50,612 nt of DNA from Ktedonobacteraceae bacterium (lineage in GTDB: Bacteria > Chloroflexota > Ktedonobacteria > Ktedonobacterales > Ktedonobacteraceae). Shown here in pieces: positions 7,064-17,823 of the stretch (within the stretch, counting starts at the first letter, position 1; each line of letters opens with the position of its first letter). A program made the position numbers and the translations under genes. Location of the stretch: contig JAICIM010000001.1 in the NCBI GenBank assembly GCA_025928885.1, positions 1 to 50,612 of the forward strand, read 5' to 3'. The notes under the pieces were generated by a model, which was not told where the DNA came from, did no database searches, and saw nothing but the letters and a program-made list of their open reading frames with translations.

Positions 7064-9274
7064 TCATGATCGGGAAATGGCTGCGCTGCCAGTGATCGTT
7101 ATTTCTACATGCCATTGCTGTTCGGATTCCAGCACCAGCGGCCAGACGAGCGTTGCGCAACTGCCCTGATGGATGCGCTCGAAGCCTGCCTCCGATCCCG
7201 TAACCGTCTCGATGGAGAAGCGCCAGAGCGTGGCCTCCTGGTTCACATGAAAGGCGAGATCCTGTTGGAGCCAGGTATTTCCGATATGAAATGAGCTGAC
7301 CAGCGGAACCTCTCCCGTGCTGTCAAAATGGCTGTTTTCCAGCTTATGACCTGCGATATGATAATAGGCTTGATCGTTGCCGCCACCTCCCAGCAGGTTA
7401 AAGTTCCACTCGCTGGCAAAGTAGGTTTGCAAACGCGACTGCCCTTTATTTTCGATGGTATAGCGAACAACCAGCTTTTCTTCGCCAATAGGGAGAAACA
7501 GCGTCTTGCGCACCTGGACTGGTATCGGGGTGAGCGCTCCAGCCCGTTTGATCTGACCATCTCGCGATAATTGAACGCTGATCCCACTGCTATTTTGCTC
7601 TACAGTTGTCTCGTAGGGCGCTTCAATAAAATTGCCCTGATCTTCATAGCGCATCTGTTCAAACGATTCGAGCGGTAGCCCCGGTGGCAGGAAGTGGTCG
7701 ATCAGGCTGTTGCGACGGTAGTGGTCAAGGATCAGGTAGCGGTCGAGGCCCGGCTCTTTGGTGCGCACGGTGGTGTGTGGCGACCCTGGCTCTCCTGCTG
7801 CCTGTGTCTGTCCCGTTTGTGCGGAGGTGCGTTGCCGCTGCTCAAATTCACGCAGCGTTTGATGGTAGCTCTCCTCGCGTCTGGTCATGATGCTCGTCAG
7901 GTTATGGGCGCTGCGTCGTATATCCCACTCGAAGATGCTCCCACCTCGTTGCGGATCAATATAGAGGTTCTGCTGGTCGCTTTCGATGATCAACTCGTTG
8001 TAGGTGTCGCGATCAAAATCCGTGAACTCGTAATGCTGCCAGGATGCGTTGCCGTAGCGGATGCGGTCGGCGGCATTTTCCGCTTTGAGCAGGTGATGGT
8101 AGATGGCGGAACGTACATGCGTCATATAGATCCCACCAAAAAGGCCGTGCCAGTAGGTATCGTTGGCCTGGGCCTTCCATAAGTGGATCAAGCCATGTTC
8201 CTCTGTTGCTCCGGCGGCATACACATGGTCATGGACACGCAACATCTTTTTATGTTGATTGTTTACCTCAGCATATTTTACAAGGAAATTGCGCCAGAAG
8301 CCTCCACGCATAAATTGCAGGATCTCGTATTGCCTGTTCTGTTCCAACTGGTGATAGACTTTGCTGAACGTATAGGCTTTTTGGGCAGGGAGCGACCATT
8401 CGGTCATCTCAATATACGAGGAGGTAGGAATATAGATGCGCCCCAATGCGGGGTTCGTACGGGCGTATTCTCCTAACGGGATTGTATGTATCCAGTCGCT
8501 ATTCTGTTCAAGCGCGGTGAAGAACGCCTCAACCCAGCCTGATCTACCATCTGATCCCCAGCAATATGGTCCAGTCTCGGGCCAACTCCCAAACTTTTCT
8601 CCATCGTCGCCCATCACCAGAATGCGCTTCCCATCGAATGTTGCCAGGCTGCGGAGCGTCTCGATCGTTTCTGCCACAGGACGCCAGGGGATCGTATAGC
8701 GCAAGGCTTTGCTGGTGGCATAGACTTTTAAGACGCTGCTTTGATCCTCTGTCGCGTAATAGCCATAGAGGTCGTTATCTTCCAGACCAACATTTTTAAA
8801 ATGTACATCATCGAGAATGGTCCACTCTATGCTGGCATCGCGCAGGAAGCGCGGCAATCCCGGTTCCCAGACACGTTCGGCAAGCCACATCCCATCGGGC
8901 TTGACCCCGAAATCTTTGTGAACGCGCTCCGTCAGGCGACGAATCTGCCCAGTTTTATCTTCATCGGGGATTGACGGCAGGATCGGTTCATAATATCCCC
9001 CACTGACCATCTCCACCTGATTGCGCTGCACCAGGGCCGTCACGCGTTTTAGAAATTCTGGATGTGCCGTTTCTAGCCAGTCAAGCAACGATCCTGTATA
9101 GTGAAGGGAGAGACGTATGGTCGGGTGATGTTCCAGTGCCGCGATCATCGGTAAATAGGCATCTTCATAGACCTGTTGGAATACCCACGGAAAGTTTCCC
9201 ACTGGTTGATGATTGTGAAGTAAGAGGCCCAGATGGATACTGTTCATGCGCCCTGTTGTCATATTCTCCCTCAT
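7064..9274 (-). CDS. GH57-family alpha-glucan enzyme (alpha-amylase / 4-alpha-glucanotransferase-like)
   Basis: GH57 motifs are present: LLLHNHQPVGNF, GMWLAERVW and MGDDGEKFG, followed by a long C-terminal extension. The start is ambiguous among ATG 9274, 9262 and 9247. Confidence 0.75.
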   Translation of the reverse strand: MRENMTTGRMNSIHLGLLLHNHQPVGNFPWVFQQVYEDAYLPMIAALEHHPTIRLSLHYTGSLLDWLETAHPEFLKRVTALVQRNQVEMVSGGYYEPILPSIPDEDKTGQIRRLTERVHKDFGVKPDGMWLAERVWEPGLPRFLRDASIEWTILDDVHFKNVGLEDNDLYGYYATEDQSSVLKVYATSKALRYTIPWRPVAETIETLRSLATFDGKRILVMGDDGEKFGSWPETGPYCWGSDGRSGWVEAFFTALEQNSDWIHTIPLGEYARTNPALGRIYIPTSSYIEMTEWSLPAQKAYTFSKVYHQLEQNRQYEILQFMRGGFWRNFLVKYAEVNNQHKKMLRVHDHVYAAGATEEHGLIHLWKAQANDTYWHGLFGGIYMTHVRSAIYHHLLKAENAADRIRYGNASWQHYEFTDFDRDTYNELIIESDQQNLYIDPQRGGSIFEWDIRRSAHNLTSIMTRREESYHQTLREFEQRQRTSAQTGQTQAAGEPGSPHTTVRTKEPGLDRYLILDHYRRNSLIDHFLPPGLPLESFEQMRYEDQGNFIEAPYETTVEQNSSGISVQLSRDGQIKRAGALTPIPVQVRKTLFLPIGEEKLVVRYTIENKGQSRLQTYFASEWNFNLLGGGGNDQAYYHIAGHKLENSHFDSTGEVPLVSSFHIGNTWLQQDLAFHVNQEATLWRFSIETVTGSEAGFERIHQGSCATLVWPLVLESEQQWHVEITITGSAAISRS

Positions 9275-9543
9275 CTATCTAAACAGCAACATATTTAGAG
9301 ACCAGCATTCGAGGTTTCCCACACCATCTCTCTTCACTATACCATATCGTGTGGTAGGGCTGCTATCTTCATTCCTGCGTCTGTTGATTCGCCTGTTCTT
9401 CATCTCTTATTCGTCCGGTTTTTCTATTGTCTTATACTGAAAATAGAATGTGCTTTTCCGTATCTTGCTTTAAATCTATAAATCATATGCCTGTAACAAG
9501 ATGTTCAACTATGTAGAAATGGGTTTTGTTGAAGGAGATAGTG

Positions 9544-10383
9544 ATGAGGAATACATCGTTGTTCGGCAAGCGCAGGGTGGTCTCAGTTCTGCTCGCTTGC
9601 CTGCTTTTTGTTTGTATGGGAACGAATGTTGAGGCCGCCACACAGCAGCGAACTGTTCCATTGGTGGGACCGAAACGCTATTATCTGGCGTTGGGCGATT
9701 CGCTGGCCTTTGGCTATCAACCTGATTGGAACTTCGCTCGTGGCTATGCCAGCGATTTCTTTCAAGAGCTAAGACAGCATGGAACGCAAACCTATGTCAA
9801 TCTTGGCTGCCCTGGTGAAACGAGCTTTACCATGATTCATGGCGGTTGCTCTTATGCTGTTTTGCGCAAATATCCTTATCTGGGTGCGCAGTTAGATGCA
9901 GCTGTGAGCTACCTGTACGCCCATAGTGGTGCTGTCAGCCCTGTGACGCTCGACATTGGAGCGAATGATCTCATCAGTGGCATTAATCCCCAAAATTGTA
10001 GCATCGATGCGAATGTGTTTAACGCAGCCCTGGCATTATTTGATACGAATCTCACGCAGGTGATTTTGCCGCGATTGCATGATGCGCTCGTGGTCGGAGG
10101 CAAGGTGACGGGCGACCTGATCGTCAACAATTACTATGATCCTTTTCAGAATATCTGTCCGCAGACAGTGCTATATGTGCAGCAGCTCAATCAACATATT
10201 ATCGAGGATGTGAGCGGCTATGGGATCGTTGTAGACATCTTTAGCGCCTTTGGTGGGAGCATAACCCCCAACCCGAATCTCTGCACCTACACCTGGATAT
10301 GCAGCGTCTTCAAGGATATTCACGCCACCAATACAGGTTATAGCGTGATGACGACGGCGCTTGAACGTAGGGCAGGATATTAA
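9544..10383 (+). CDS. Secreted SGNH/GDSL hydrolase
   Basis: ATG 9544 follows an AAGGAG Shine-Dalgarno. A signal peptide is present, together with SGNH blocks LALGDSLAFGY, NLGCPGETS, DIGANDL and DIHATNTGY. Confidence 0.75.
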   Translation: MRNTSLFGKRRVVSVLLACLLFVCMGTNVEAATQQRTVPLVGPKRYYLALGDSLAFGYQPDWNFARGYASDFFQELRQHGTQTYVNLGCPGETSFTMIHGGCSYAVLRKYPYLGAQLDAAVSYLYAHSGAVSPVTLDIGANDLISGINPQNCSIDANVFNAALALFDTNLTQVILPRLHDALVVGGKVTGDLIVNNYYDPFQNICPQTVLYVQQLNQHIIEDVSGYGIVVDIFSAFGGSITPNPNLCTYTWICSVFKDIHATNTGYSVMTTALERRAGY

Positions 10384-10521
10384 CCTTAAAAATAAGAGAT
10401 GGAAAAGCATATATCCTTCTTCTATGCTTGTATATGTCATGATGTGTTATAATCCTCGTAAGAAAATTCGCTCTCCTCTCTCTCTTTCCAGAGGCAGATC
10501 GATTGCTATGGCGAGATAAGC

Positions 10522-11289
10522 ATGTCAAAAATAAAATTATTGCTGGTTGACGATCATGGACCACTGCGCAAGGCGCTCCGTGAGGGCCTGGAGGCGACCG
10601 GGCAGGTGCAGGTGGTGGGCGAGGCCGCGACCGGACAGGGAGCGATCGCCCGTGCGCTTGAACTGGATATGGATGTGATCCTGATGGACGTGCAGTTGCA
10701 AGACCCGCTGATCGGTCGTAATGCTCGTAGCGGTGTCGGTGCCGCCGTTGCCATCCGTCGCGAGCGCCCGCGCATGCCAGTCGTGTTTTACTCAATTCAA
10801 GATGATGACGAGTACTATCGCGAGTTCCGCGCTTCCGGTATTTTAACGCACTATGCCTATGTGCGCAAAAGTAACTATTTGTTGCCTGGTATGCTTGTTC
10901 CACTATTACGCGATGCTGTCAATGGACGGAGCCTGGTTGATCCAGAGATTGAGGATCGAGTGCAGGAGGTGCGCGATCTCGATGAGCAATCTCCCCGCGC
11001 ACTTTTAGAGCCGAACGAGTTACGGGTGGCCGAACTGATGGCTCAGGGGATGACCAACGAACAAATAGCGGCCCGCCTGAATCTCCACGATAAGCGTGCC
11101 GTCAGCCGTACGAACGGGCGTATCTACGCTGCCTGGGGATTGAGCGAGAACGCCGTTGATGATAAAGTTGCGCGTGCCAGAGCAACCTTGATTTATTTGC
11201 ATAATCGTATGATTATGTGGGATGAAAATGGCGTTGCCCTGATCCAGGATCGCCGGGGCGAATGGGTTCCTTTCTACAAAGAAGAATGA
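10522..11289 (+). CDS. Response regulator, NarL/LuxR-type HTH output
   Basis: The receiver domain shows LLLVDDH and VILMDVQL. The LuxR HTH reads LRVAELMAQGMTNEQIAARLNL. About 50 extra aa follow the HTH. Confidence 0.8.
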   Translation: MSKIKLLLVDDHGPLRKALREGLEATGQVQVVGEAATGQGAIARALELDMDVILMDVQLQDPLIGRNARSGVGAAVAIRRERPRMPVVFYSIQDDDEYYREFRASGILTHYAYVRKSNYLLPGMLVPLLRDAVNGRSLVDPEIEDRVQEVRDLDEQSPRALLEPNELRVAELMAQGMTNEQIAARLNLHDKRAVSRTNGRIYAAWGLSENAVDDKVARARATLIYLHNRMIMWDENGVALIQDRRGEWVPFYKEE

Positions 11290-11290
11290 T

Positions 11291-13672
11291 ATGTCACTAA
11301 CCACCTTGCTTGAGCCTGTCTATCTATTTCAGACGATGGCCGTTGCCCTTTCCGTGTTCAATCTCGTTGCCTTTCTCTGGCTCACCTTTACCGTATGGCT
11401 CAATAGCGATCGCCGCAGTATGATTGCGCGTGTTGGCGTTGTGGGGCTTGGTTTGGCGGCGCTCTTTTTCTTTATTCACGCTCTGCTTATAGCAAACCCT
11501 TTCGCTCATGTGTCGGGTCTGGTTCCTGCCGATTTTTTGTGGCGACTGATCTGGTTGCCCGCTCTGGGTGTACCTTACATCTGGTTTGTGATCGGCCTGC
11601 ACTATGCTTCGCTGATCAGCGAACAATGGCGGTGTCGGCGTCCCCTGCTCTTGATCAGTAGCGGCCTCCTGGGGTGCGCCGTGCTGATTTCGCTGATCTT
11701 CAACCGCAGCACGTTTACCTTTGCCGGGACGATTCGTCTGCTTGCATTTGGCGATGTAGTTGATAGGGCAAATGTCAATCTTTTCTCGCCACTTGTCCTT
11801 CCTATGCTCTTTTTGTGCTATCTGGCTTTTTGCGCTATCGGACCCTGGTTTACGCCTGGACGCATGGGCCAGCTCCTGAAGGTGCTCTGGCTGGCCTTGA
11901 GTGGACGCATGGAGAAGCGATCGTTGCGCGAGCGCCTTGTCGATGCTTTCTGGGACGGTCGGCGTAACCTCGATCTAGCGGGGGAGCCAGAACTTTCCTG
12001 GCATCTAGCACGTCCGATCCTGCTGCTGGCGGCTCTGCTGATGGTTGGCCTTGTCGTCTGTCTGGGGACGTTGAGCGTGCGGTCGATGATTCATTGGTTT
12101 CAATTACACGATAGCTCTTCAGCCAATTCGCTGCTGCATCCTCCTGCCACGCTCTCGATGATCCCACCCAATCTGGTGCTGCTCGATATCTTTTCCTCCG
12201 GTCTGGTTGCGGTGATCGTCCTGCTCTTTGGCTACTCGATCGTGCGGCATGGTATTCTGATCGAGCGTCCCCTGGCAAGGCGCGGCTTCTTTGAGCAGTG
12301 GCGCGGCATCGTCATCGTTGCCACGACCGTTGCCCTCTTCATTGCCGTCTTTATCAAGCTGACGAGTAGTAGTTTAAGTGGTCTCTTGCTGATCACCTCG
12401 CTTGCGACGGGCGCGTATGCTCTTTTTACCTGGAGTAGTTATACCGCTCATGATCGCTATATTGCCCTGCTTGGTCCGTTTTTGCGCAGTACGACGCTGC
12501 GCTACTGGTTGAACACCGATCTACAAAAGACCGAGCGGAGTATGGAGGATCTGTTCTTTCATCTCTGTAAAGATGTCCTGGATATTCAGTGCGCTCGCCT
12601 GATCGTGCTGTCCGGGCCTGCCAAGCGCAGTTTTGATTATCGCTGGTCAAGCGATGATCGCATTGATGATGTTGAGCCACCGCTTGTAAAGGGCAATGGG
12701 GCGGCGGTAGCTACTAACCAGCAAGAGCAAAATACTTATGTTGATGAGGCGAAAGCGGCGAATGCATATAGAATTAGAATGGTGCGGCAGGGGCTTTCTA
12801 CGATCTGCTGGGTGTTGCCAATCTATGATGATCTTGGTCTGGTCGCCAAGTTGTATCTGGGGCCGCGCCAGGATGGGGCTGTCTTCACCAGTGAGGATAT
12901 AGAACTGGCTCATGCCTGTGGACAGCGTATGCTGGACACGTTGCGTGACCACGAGGCGGTCCTGGCTATTGCTGGTTTGTTGCGTCGTCGTACCGTTGAC
13001 GTAAAATTGCTGGGAGCGCAACAGAGGCGCGTACTGCACGATGAGATCCTCCCCCACATGCATCTGGCCCTGTTAAAGCTGGAATCGTTGCACCCTTTTG
13101 TGCATGCCAATGAGCAAGCATACACACGTGAACCAGATGAGGCCCTCGACGAGGCGATTGGCGCAATTAGCGACGCGCATCGTCGTCTCGCTGCCATGAT
13201 GCGAACCACAACGACAGGTGCGCCTCTGCGCCTGGAGCGTGATGGGTTGATGCGGGCTATTCAGACCATGATTAATCACGATTTTCAACAGGCGTTTGAT
13301 GAGGTGCAATGGCAGGTTTCTGAAGAGACAGCGCAATGTATTGATGAGATGGTGCCTCCTGCTATCGCCGAGCTGCTCTTTGCAGCTGTCCAGGAGGCGT
13401 TGCGCAACGCGGCACGTCATGGACGCGGTTCTGATGTCCACCGCCGTCTGTGCCTGATCTTCTCGGCATCCTGTCAGCCTCATCTAGAAATCACGGTGGC
13501 TGATGATGGCGTGGGCATTATGGCCGCAAGCAGTTCCACGACAGGAACAGGCGGTGGCTTGCTGACCCATAGCGCGTTGCTGGCAATTGCGGGGGGCAGC
13601 CTGATGGTGAAAAGCAGGCCCGAAGGCGGTGTGATGGTACGTATTCTTTTGCCTGTTGAAGCGCTGCGCTAA
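11291..13672 (+). CDS. Polytopic membrane sensor histidine kinase (HisKA_3 / HATPase_c)
   Basis: The gene starts 1 nt after the response-regulator stop. About 9-10 hydrophobic helices fill the first ~400 aa. These are followed by a GAF-like segment, the H-box LHDEILPHMHLAL and the ATPase motifs EALRNAARHG and VADDGVGI. Confidence 0.75.
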   Translation: MSLTTLLEPVYLFQTMAVALSVFNLVAFLWLTFTVWLNSDRRSMIARVGVVGLGLAALFFFIHALLIANPFAHVSGLVPADFLWRLIWLPALGVPYIWFVIGLHYASLISEQWRCRRPLLLISSGLLGCAVLISLIFNRSTFTFAGTIRLLAFGDVVDRANVNLFSPLVLPMLFLCYLAFCAIGPWFTPGRMGQLLKVLWLALSGRMEKRSLRERLVDAFWDGRRNLDLAGEPELSWHLARPILLLAALLMVGLVVCLGTLSVRSMIHWFQLHDSSSANSLLHPPATLSMIPPNLVLLDIFSSGLVAVIVLLFGYSIVRHGILIERPLARRGFFEQWRGIVIVATTVALFIAVFIKLTSSSLSGLLLITSLATGAYALFTWSSYTAHDRYIALLGPFLRSTTLRYWLNTDLQKTERSMEDLFFHLCKDVLDIQCARLIVLSGPAKRSFDYRWSSDDRIDDVEPPLVKGNGAAVATNQQEQNTYVDEAKAANAYRIRMVRQGLSTICWVLPIYDDLGLVAKLYLGPRQDGAVFTSEDIELAHACGQRMLDTLRDHEAVLAIAGLLRRRTVDVKLLGAQQRRVLHDEILPHMHLALLKLESLHPFVHANEQAYTREPDEALDEAIGAISDAHRRLAAMMRTTTTGAPLRLERDGLMRAIQTMINHDFQQAFDEVQWQVSEETAQCIDEMVPPAIAELLFAAVQEALRNAARHGRGSDVHRRLCLIFSASCQPHLEITVADDGVGIMAASSSTTGTGGGLLTHSALLAIAGGSLMVKSRPEGGVMVRILLPVEALR

Positions 13673-13776
13673 TACAGTTATTGGTCTGCTTGTAAATACG
13701 GGTTTGCTTTTGCGGCCAGGATAACGCTAAAATCTGTGATAGCAGGAAGTTTTTTGAGCTGTGAAGATAAGGGGGA

Positions 13777-14688
13777 ATGATTATGGGTTCGATCCTCATC
13801 ACCGGCGCAACTGGCTACATTGGACGCCATCTGGTTGCACGTCTTGTAGAACAGGGTGAGCGTCCTCGCTGTCTGGTGCGCAATAGCAGCCACGCCTCGC
13901 GTATCCTGCCCGCCAGCAAAGTGGATCTGGTAACAGGTGATACCATCCAACTGGCCTCGCTAGAAGCTGCTGTCCAGGGCGTTGAAACCATTGTACATGC
14001 CGCGTTCGTGACCGCTGACCGCAAGGAGAAACCCGGCTCTCGTTATGAAGAAACGAACGTGGGTGGAACCGCCAATCTGGTAAACGCGGCCAAAGCTGCC
14101 GGCGTGAAGCGCATTGTGGTATTGAGCGGGCTTGGCACGAAGCCGGATAAAGCGGGCAGCTATATGCAAGGGCGCTATCTGGCCGAGCAACTGGTCATTG
14201 ATAGTGGCCTGGGCTGGACCATTATTCGCCCCTCGGTCGTGTTTGGAAAGGATGCTCCTTTCATCAAAGGTCTGGTCGATCTAATTCGCTCAGCTCCCGT
14301 TCTACCGTTGATCGGCGGTGGCACAATCCGCTTCCAGCCAATCTATGTGGAAGATGTTGCCACCATCATTCTCAAAGTGCTTGCCGAGCCAGAACGCACG
14401 ACGAGCAAGATCTATACGGTGGGTGGTCCCGAGCAGTATTCGTTTCGCGAGATCTTTGATGCATTGCTTAAAGCTACCGGGAAAAAACGCCCCAAAGTGT
14501 ATGCCCCTACCCCTCTCGTTGGCGTTGGCGCTGCTGTGATGGAGGCCGTGCTGCCGAAACCGCCGTTGACAAAGGCCGCTATGGCGCTCTTCTCTTTCGA
14601 CAACGTGACGGATATCGATAGCGTAGAACGCGATTTTGGCTTTCAACCTATGTCTTTTGCACGCTATCTCCAGGAGCACGGAATTTAA
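13777..14688 (+). CDS. NAD(P)-binding SDR / NmrA-like epimerase-family protein
   Basis: A Rossmann motif ILITGATGYIGRHLV is present. Overall length and pattern fit atypical SDRs. ATG 13783 has better SD spacing than 13777. Confidence 0.65.
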   Translation: MIMGSILITGATGYIGRHLVARLVEQGERPRCLVRNSSHASRILPASKVDLVTGDTIQLASLEAAVQGVETIVHAAFVTADRKEKPGSRYEETNVGGTANLVNAAKAAGVKRIVVLSGLGTKPDKAGSYMQGRYLAEQLVIDSGLGWTIIRPSVVFGKDAPFIKGLVDLIRSAPVLPLIGGGTIRFQPIYVEDVATIILKVLAEPERTTSKIYTVGGPEQYSFREIFDALLKATGKKRPKVYAPTPLVGVGAAVMEAVLPKPPLTKAAMALFSFDNVTDIDSVERDFGFQPMSFARYLQEHGI

Positions 14689-14981
14689 TATCATCGCTCG
14701 TGCTGCCGTGTTATAATGGGTGCGGAGAGTTTCGTTGTGCTGAACGGGGGAGGATGATGCTCTTTTCTCACCTGTCCGCCCTTAACGGTGATTCATCTAG
14801 ATGTGTAAAAGTGGATGACGTTTTCTCTCTATGCCATGAAAAATCCAGGTCTCCACGTTATACATTATAAGATGCCTGGACATATACATCGCTCTGATAA
14901 AATACAGCTTACTTTTGTTGTGTCAAAATTTTTTATGCTGTCAAATAACTCGAAGCCTGAAGCAGGGATGGAGGGAACCCG

Positions 14982-16916
14982 GTGACACAGCCTCTTGATT
15001 GGGTATTGAAAATGAGTGCCGATTTGCGGCAGGTCGGCGAGATGCTGAAACGTATTTCACAAATGATGCATGAATCGACGCATAGCCTGGAGGTTGCGGT
15101 TGAAGGGCGCTATGCCAGCGAGAGTGGCGATCCTCGCGTCCGCTTGCTCAGCGATGCATTGCATGTGAGCCGGGTGGCTGATCTAGAGCTGGGACGGCTC
15201 AACCAGTCCCTTCAGCGTATGTCGCAAACGTTACAGGGGCGCAATAATGGCCATAGTGCGACATTCGAGCAACAGGAATCCCTTGAGGCCAGCATTATCC
15301 ATCTGAAACAGGAGCGCGACCAGCAGAGCGTGTTGGCCGATATTGCTCGAACGCTCAATTCGACATTGGAGTTCGATGAGGTGTTGCGCCTCGTCATGGA
15401 TCAGGTGATTGGTTTTGTCAAAGCAGAGCGCGGTTATCTGATGCTTGTGAACCTGGCTACCGGCGAACCTGAATTTGCGACTGCACGTGATAAAGAGTCC
15501 CGCTCTGTCTCTGAAAGTGCTTTTAGCGAGGCAACGATCAGCAAAGGGACCGTCAAGCGCGTGATCAGCACGCGTGAGCCACTGTTGACCAGCGATGCCA
15601 AAATCGATAATGAGCTAAAAGCGCAAGAGAGCATTATGGCTTTTGGCATCCGTTCGATTATGTGCGCCCCCTTGACCGTACGCAATACCTGTATTGGAGC
15701 CGTCTATGTTGACAGCCGCCTGAGCGCCGGTCTGTTTGGGCAAAAGCATCTTGATCTTCTGCTAGCGTTCTGCAATCAAGCGGCCATTGCTATTGATAAC
15801 GCCCGCCTCTTCGCCGATCTGAACCGGGCAATGCAGCAGGTTCAGGACGATAAACAATATATGGATAACATCTTTGCGTCTATTGCAAATGGTGTGATCA
15901 CGACGGATGCGAGCGGAATTATTACCACATTTAACTATGGTGCAAGCTTGATTTTACACCTGGATACTGCTCTTGTAGCCGAGCGGCATTATCGGGAGGT
16001 GTTTAAAGAGAGACCCCAGGTTGGGCTGGTAGAGTTGATTGGCGATGTGCTGTCGCAGCGCGATCAACATCTGCATGGCACCTTTGTTCCCAGCACCGTC
16101 GATTGTGAGATTCCTGAGCGCGGTCCAGGTGTCTTTAATCTCAATATCTATGTGTCGGCCTTGCGCGATACGCAGGGGGCCTATATTGGCACCGCTCTCG
16201 TGATCGATGACCGCACTGAATTGAAGCGTTCGGAAGCGCAAACCAAGCAGGTGCGACGCGTGTTTGAGCGCTACGTCCATCCAAACGTGGTGCGGGAGCT
16301 GATGAAAGATCCACAGGCCCTGAAGCTGGGTGGCGAGACGAAAGAGATTTCCGTCGTTTTTGCCGATATTCGCGGCTTTACCCGCTTGAGCGAAAGTATG
16401 GCTCCAGGCGCGGTCATGGATCTCTTGAATCGCTATCTCAAGATTATGTGCGAGGCAATCTGGGACGAGGAAGGCACGCTAACTGCTTTTCAGGGCGATG
16501 CACTGATGGCTATCTTTAATGCGCCCCTCGTGCAAAAGCAACATGCCCTGCGTGCCGTGCGGGCCGCCTGGAAAATGCGCCTGGCTGTGCAGCAGTATCA
16601 GCAGTCGGAGGGGGAAGAGAAGCTCTTTTCCTTTGGAATTGGCGTCAATACAGGATTGGCAACTGTTGGCAACCTCGGTTCGCAAAATCGTTTGCAAAAT
16701 TATACCGCGATTGGTGATGCCGTAAATGTTGCCTCCCGCCTGCAAAATAATGTGGCCGACAATAATATTTTGATCAATGATCCTACTCACCTTCAGGTGT
16801 ATCGTTATGTGCAGACGGGGCAGGCGTTTCCATTGACTGTGAAGAATAAAGCGGCTCCCCTCACTGTTCGCTACCTGATGGGCGTGCATGGAACTGATGC
16901 TCCGCTCAAGGAATAA
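14982..16916 (+). CDS. GAF-PAS-class III adenylate/guanylate cyclase
   Basis: A GTG start sits 5 nt after GGAGGG. The cyclase core reads ISVVFADIRGFTRLSE ... GDALMAIFNAP ... GIGVNTG ... TAIGDAVNVASRL. GAF-like and PAS-like segments lie upstream of it. Confidence 0.8.
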   Translation: MTQPLDWVLKMSADLRQVGEMLKRISQMMHESTHSLEVAVEGRYASESGDPRVRLLSDALHVSRVADLELGRLNQSLQRMSQTLQGRNNGHSATFEQQESLEASIIHLKQERDQQSVLADIARTLNSTLEFDEVLRLVMDQVIGFVKAERGYLMLVNLATGEPEFATARDKESRSVSESAFSEATISKGTVKRVISTREPLLTSDAKIDNELKAQESIMAFGIRSIMCAPLTVRNTCIGAVYVDSRLSAGLFGQKHLDLLLAFCNQAAIAIDNARLFADLNRAMQQVQDDKQYMDNIFASIANGVITTDASGIITTFNYGASLILHLDTALVAERHYREVFKERPQVGLVELIGDVLSQRDQHLHGTFVPSTVDCEIPERGPGVFNLNIYVSALRDTQGAYIGTALVIDDRTELKRSEAQTKQVRRVFERYVHPNVVRELMKDPQALKLGGETKEISVVFADIRGFTRLSESMAPGAVMDLLNRYLKIMCEAIWDEEGTLTAFQGDALMAIFNAPLVQKQHALRAVRAAWKMRLAVQQYQQSEGEEKLFSFGIGVNTGLATVGNLGSQNRLQNYTAIGDAVNVASRLQNNVADNNILINDPTHLQVYRYVQTGQAFPLTVKNKAAPLTVRYLMGVHGTDAPLKE

Positions 16917-16929
16917 GCGAAGATAGATG

Positions 16930-17814
16930 CTACGATTTGAGTTCTTTCCGCAGCACAAAGCCTTGATGCTGTAAGCGAATAAAGCCGAACCATTCGTAGA
17001 GTCGGTGGGCATGCACATTGTTCTCTTGCGTGTTAAGCATGATGCGCATTACATGCTCACGGGCAAAAAATTGTACCGCCTCTGCCATTAAGCGAGCGCC
17101 GATCCCTTGACCACTATAGGATGGGTGGACGGCGATACGGATCAAATAGCCGTAATCGCTATCGATGGCGTTGAATTGATAGCCGACAACCTTGCCTTGT
17201 AGCTCGGCGACGACAAAGTACGGATGCGTATCGGCGATATCGGTAAATGCGGTCGTATCGTAGCGCCAGAGGTGCTCAAAGCAGACCTCCTCTATAGCAA
17301 GTAGCGCTGCCATGTCGTTGTCTTGTCCTGGTTGTAGAGAGACGGGGCGAACGATGACCTCTTGATTGCCGCTCGTGGGAATGCCGTAGTCGTATTTGTC
17401 GTAGGCATAGAGGAGACAGTGTGGTTTGAAACCTCGCTTCCGCAATGGCTCTCGGAGCCAATCCTGTTGCAGATCGTTGCCGGAGTAATGCAGAGCGTGA
17501 ACTCCCCGGGCGAGGAGATGTGTGGAGAGCGGTTCGAGGAGCTGATCGAGGATGGCGAGATAGGCGTTGCTCTCTGCCCAGCTGACGCCAAACCCGCCTA
17601 TCCAGCCAATAGGCGGGTTCACCGTCTGAGATAACAGGATGCCATGCAATGAACTTCCGGCGAATACTCCCACCGCTGGATATCGTTGGAGGAGCAGAGG
17701 CAATTCTTCTAATGTAAAGCGCTGATAGATATATTCAGAATTGCGCAGAAGACGTTCAATGATCGGTAAATCATGATACATCAACAGCCGCACATCGTTC
17801 ACGCTGGATCTCAT
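16930..17814 (-). CDS. GNAT-family N-acyltransferase (two GNAT-like halves)
   Basis: The C-terminal half carries the acyl-CoA motif IRIAVHPSYSGQGIGARLM. The N-terminal half looks like a degenerate GNAT fold. The gene starts 9 nt after the deacetylase stop, and a GAAGG Shine-Dalgarno lies in that gap. Confidence 0.7.
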   Translation of the reverse strand: MRSSVNDVRLLMYHDLPIIERLLRNSEYIYQRFTLEELPLLLQRYPAVGVFAGSSLHGILLSQTVNPPIGWIGGFGVSWAESNAYLAILDQLLEPLSTHLLARGVHALHYSGNDLQQDWLREPLRKRGFKPHCLLYAYDKYDYGIPTSGNQEVIVRPVSLQPGQDNDMAALLAIEEVCFEHLWRYDTTAFTDIADTHPYFVVAELQGKVVGYQFNAIDSDYGYLIRIAVHPSYSGQGIGARLMAEAVQFFAREHVMRIMLNTQENNVHAHRLYEWFGFIRLQHQGFVLRKELKS

Positions 17815-17823
17815 CGTACCTTC

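Noticed and set aside
14754-14873. 39-codon ORF (MMLFSHLSALNGDSS...) in the 290-nt leader of the cyclase gene, downstream of an extended -10 element (TGTTATAAT, ~14710-14718).
   Set aside because: The G-rich element abuts the start codon with no usable spacing, and the peptide has no distinctive features. Evidence is insufficient to call a gene or a regulatory leader.
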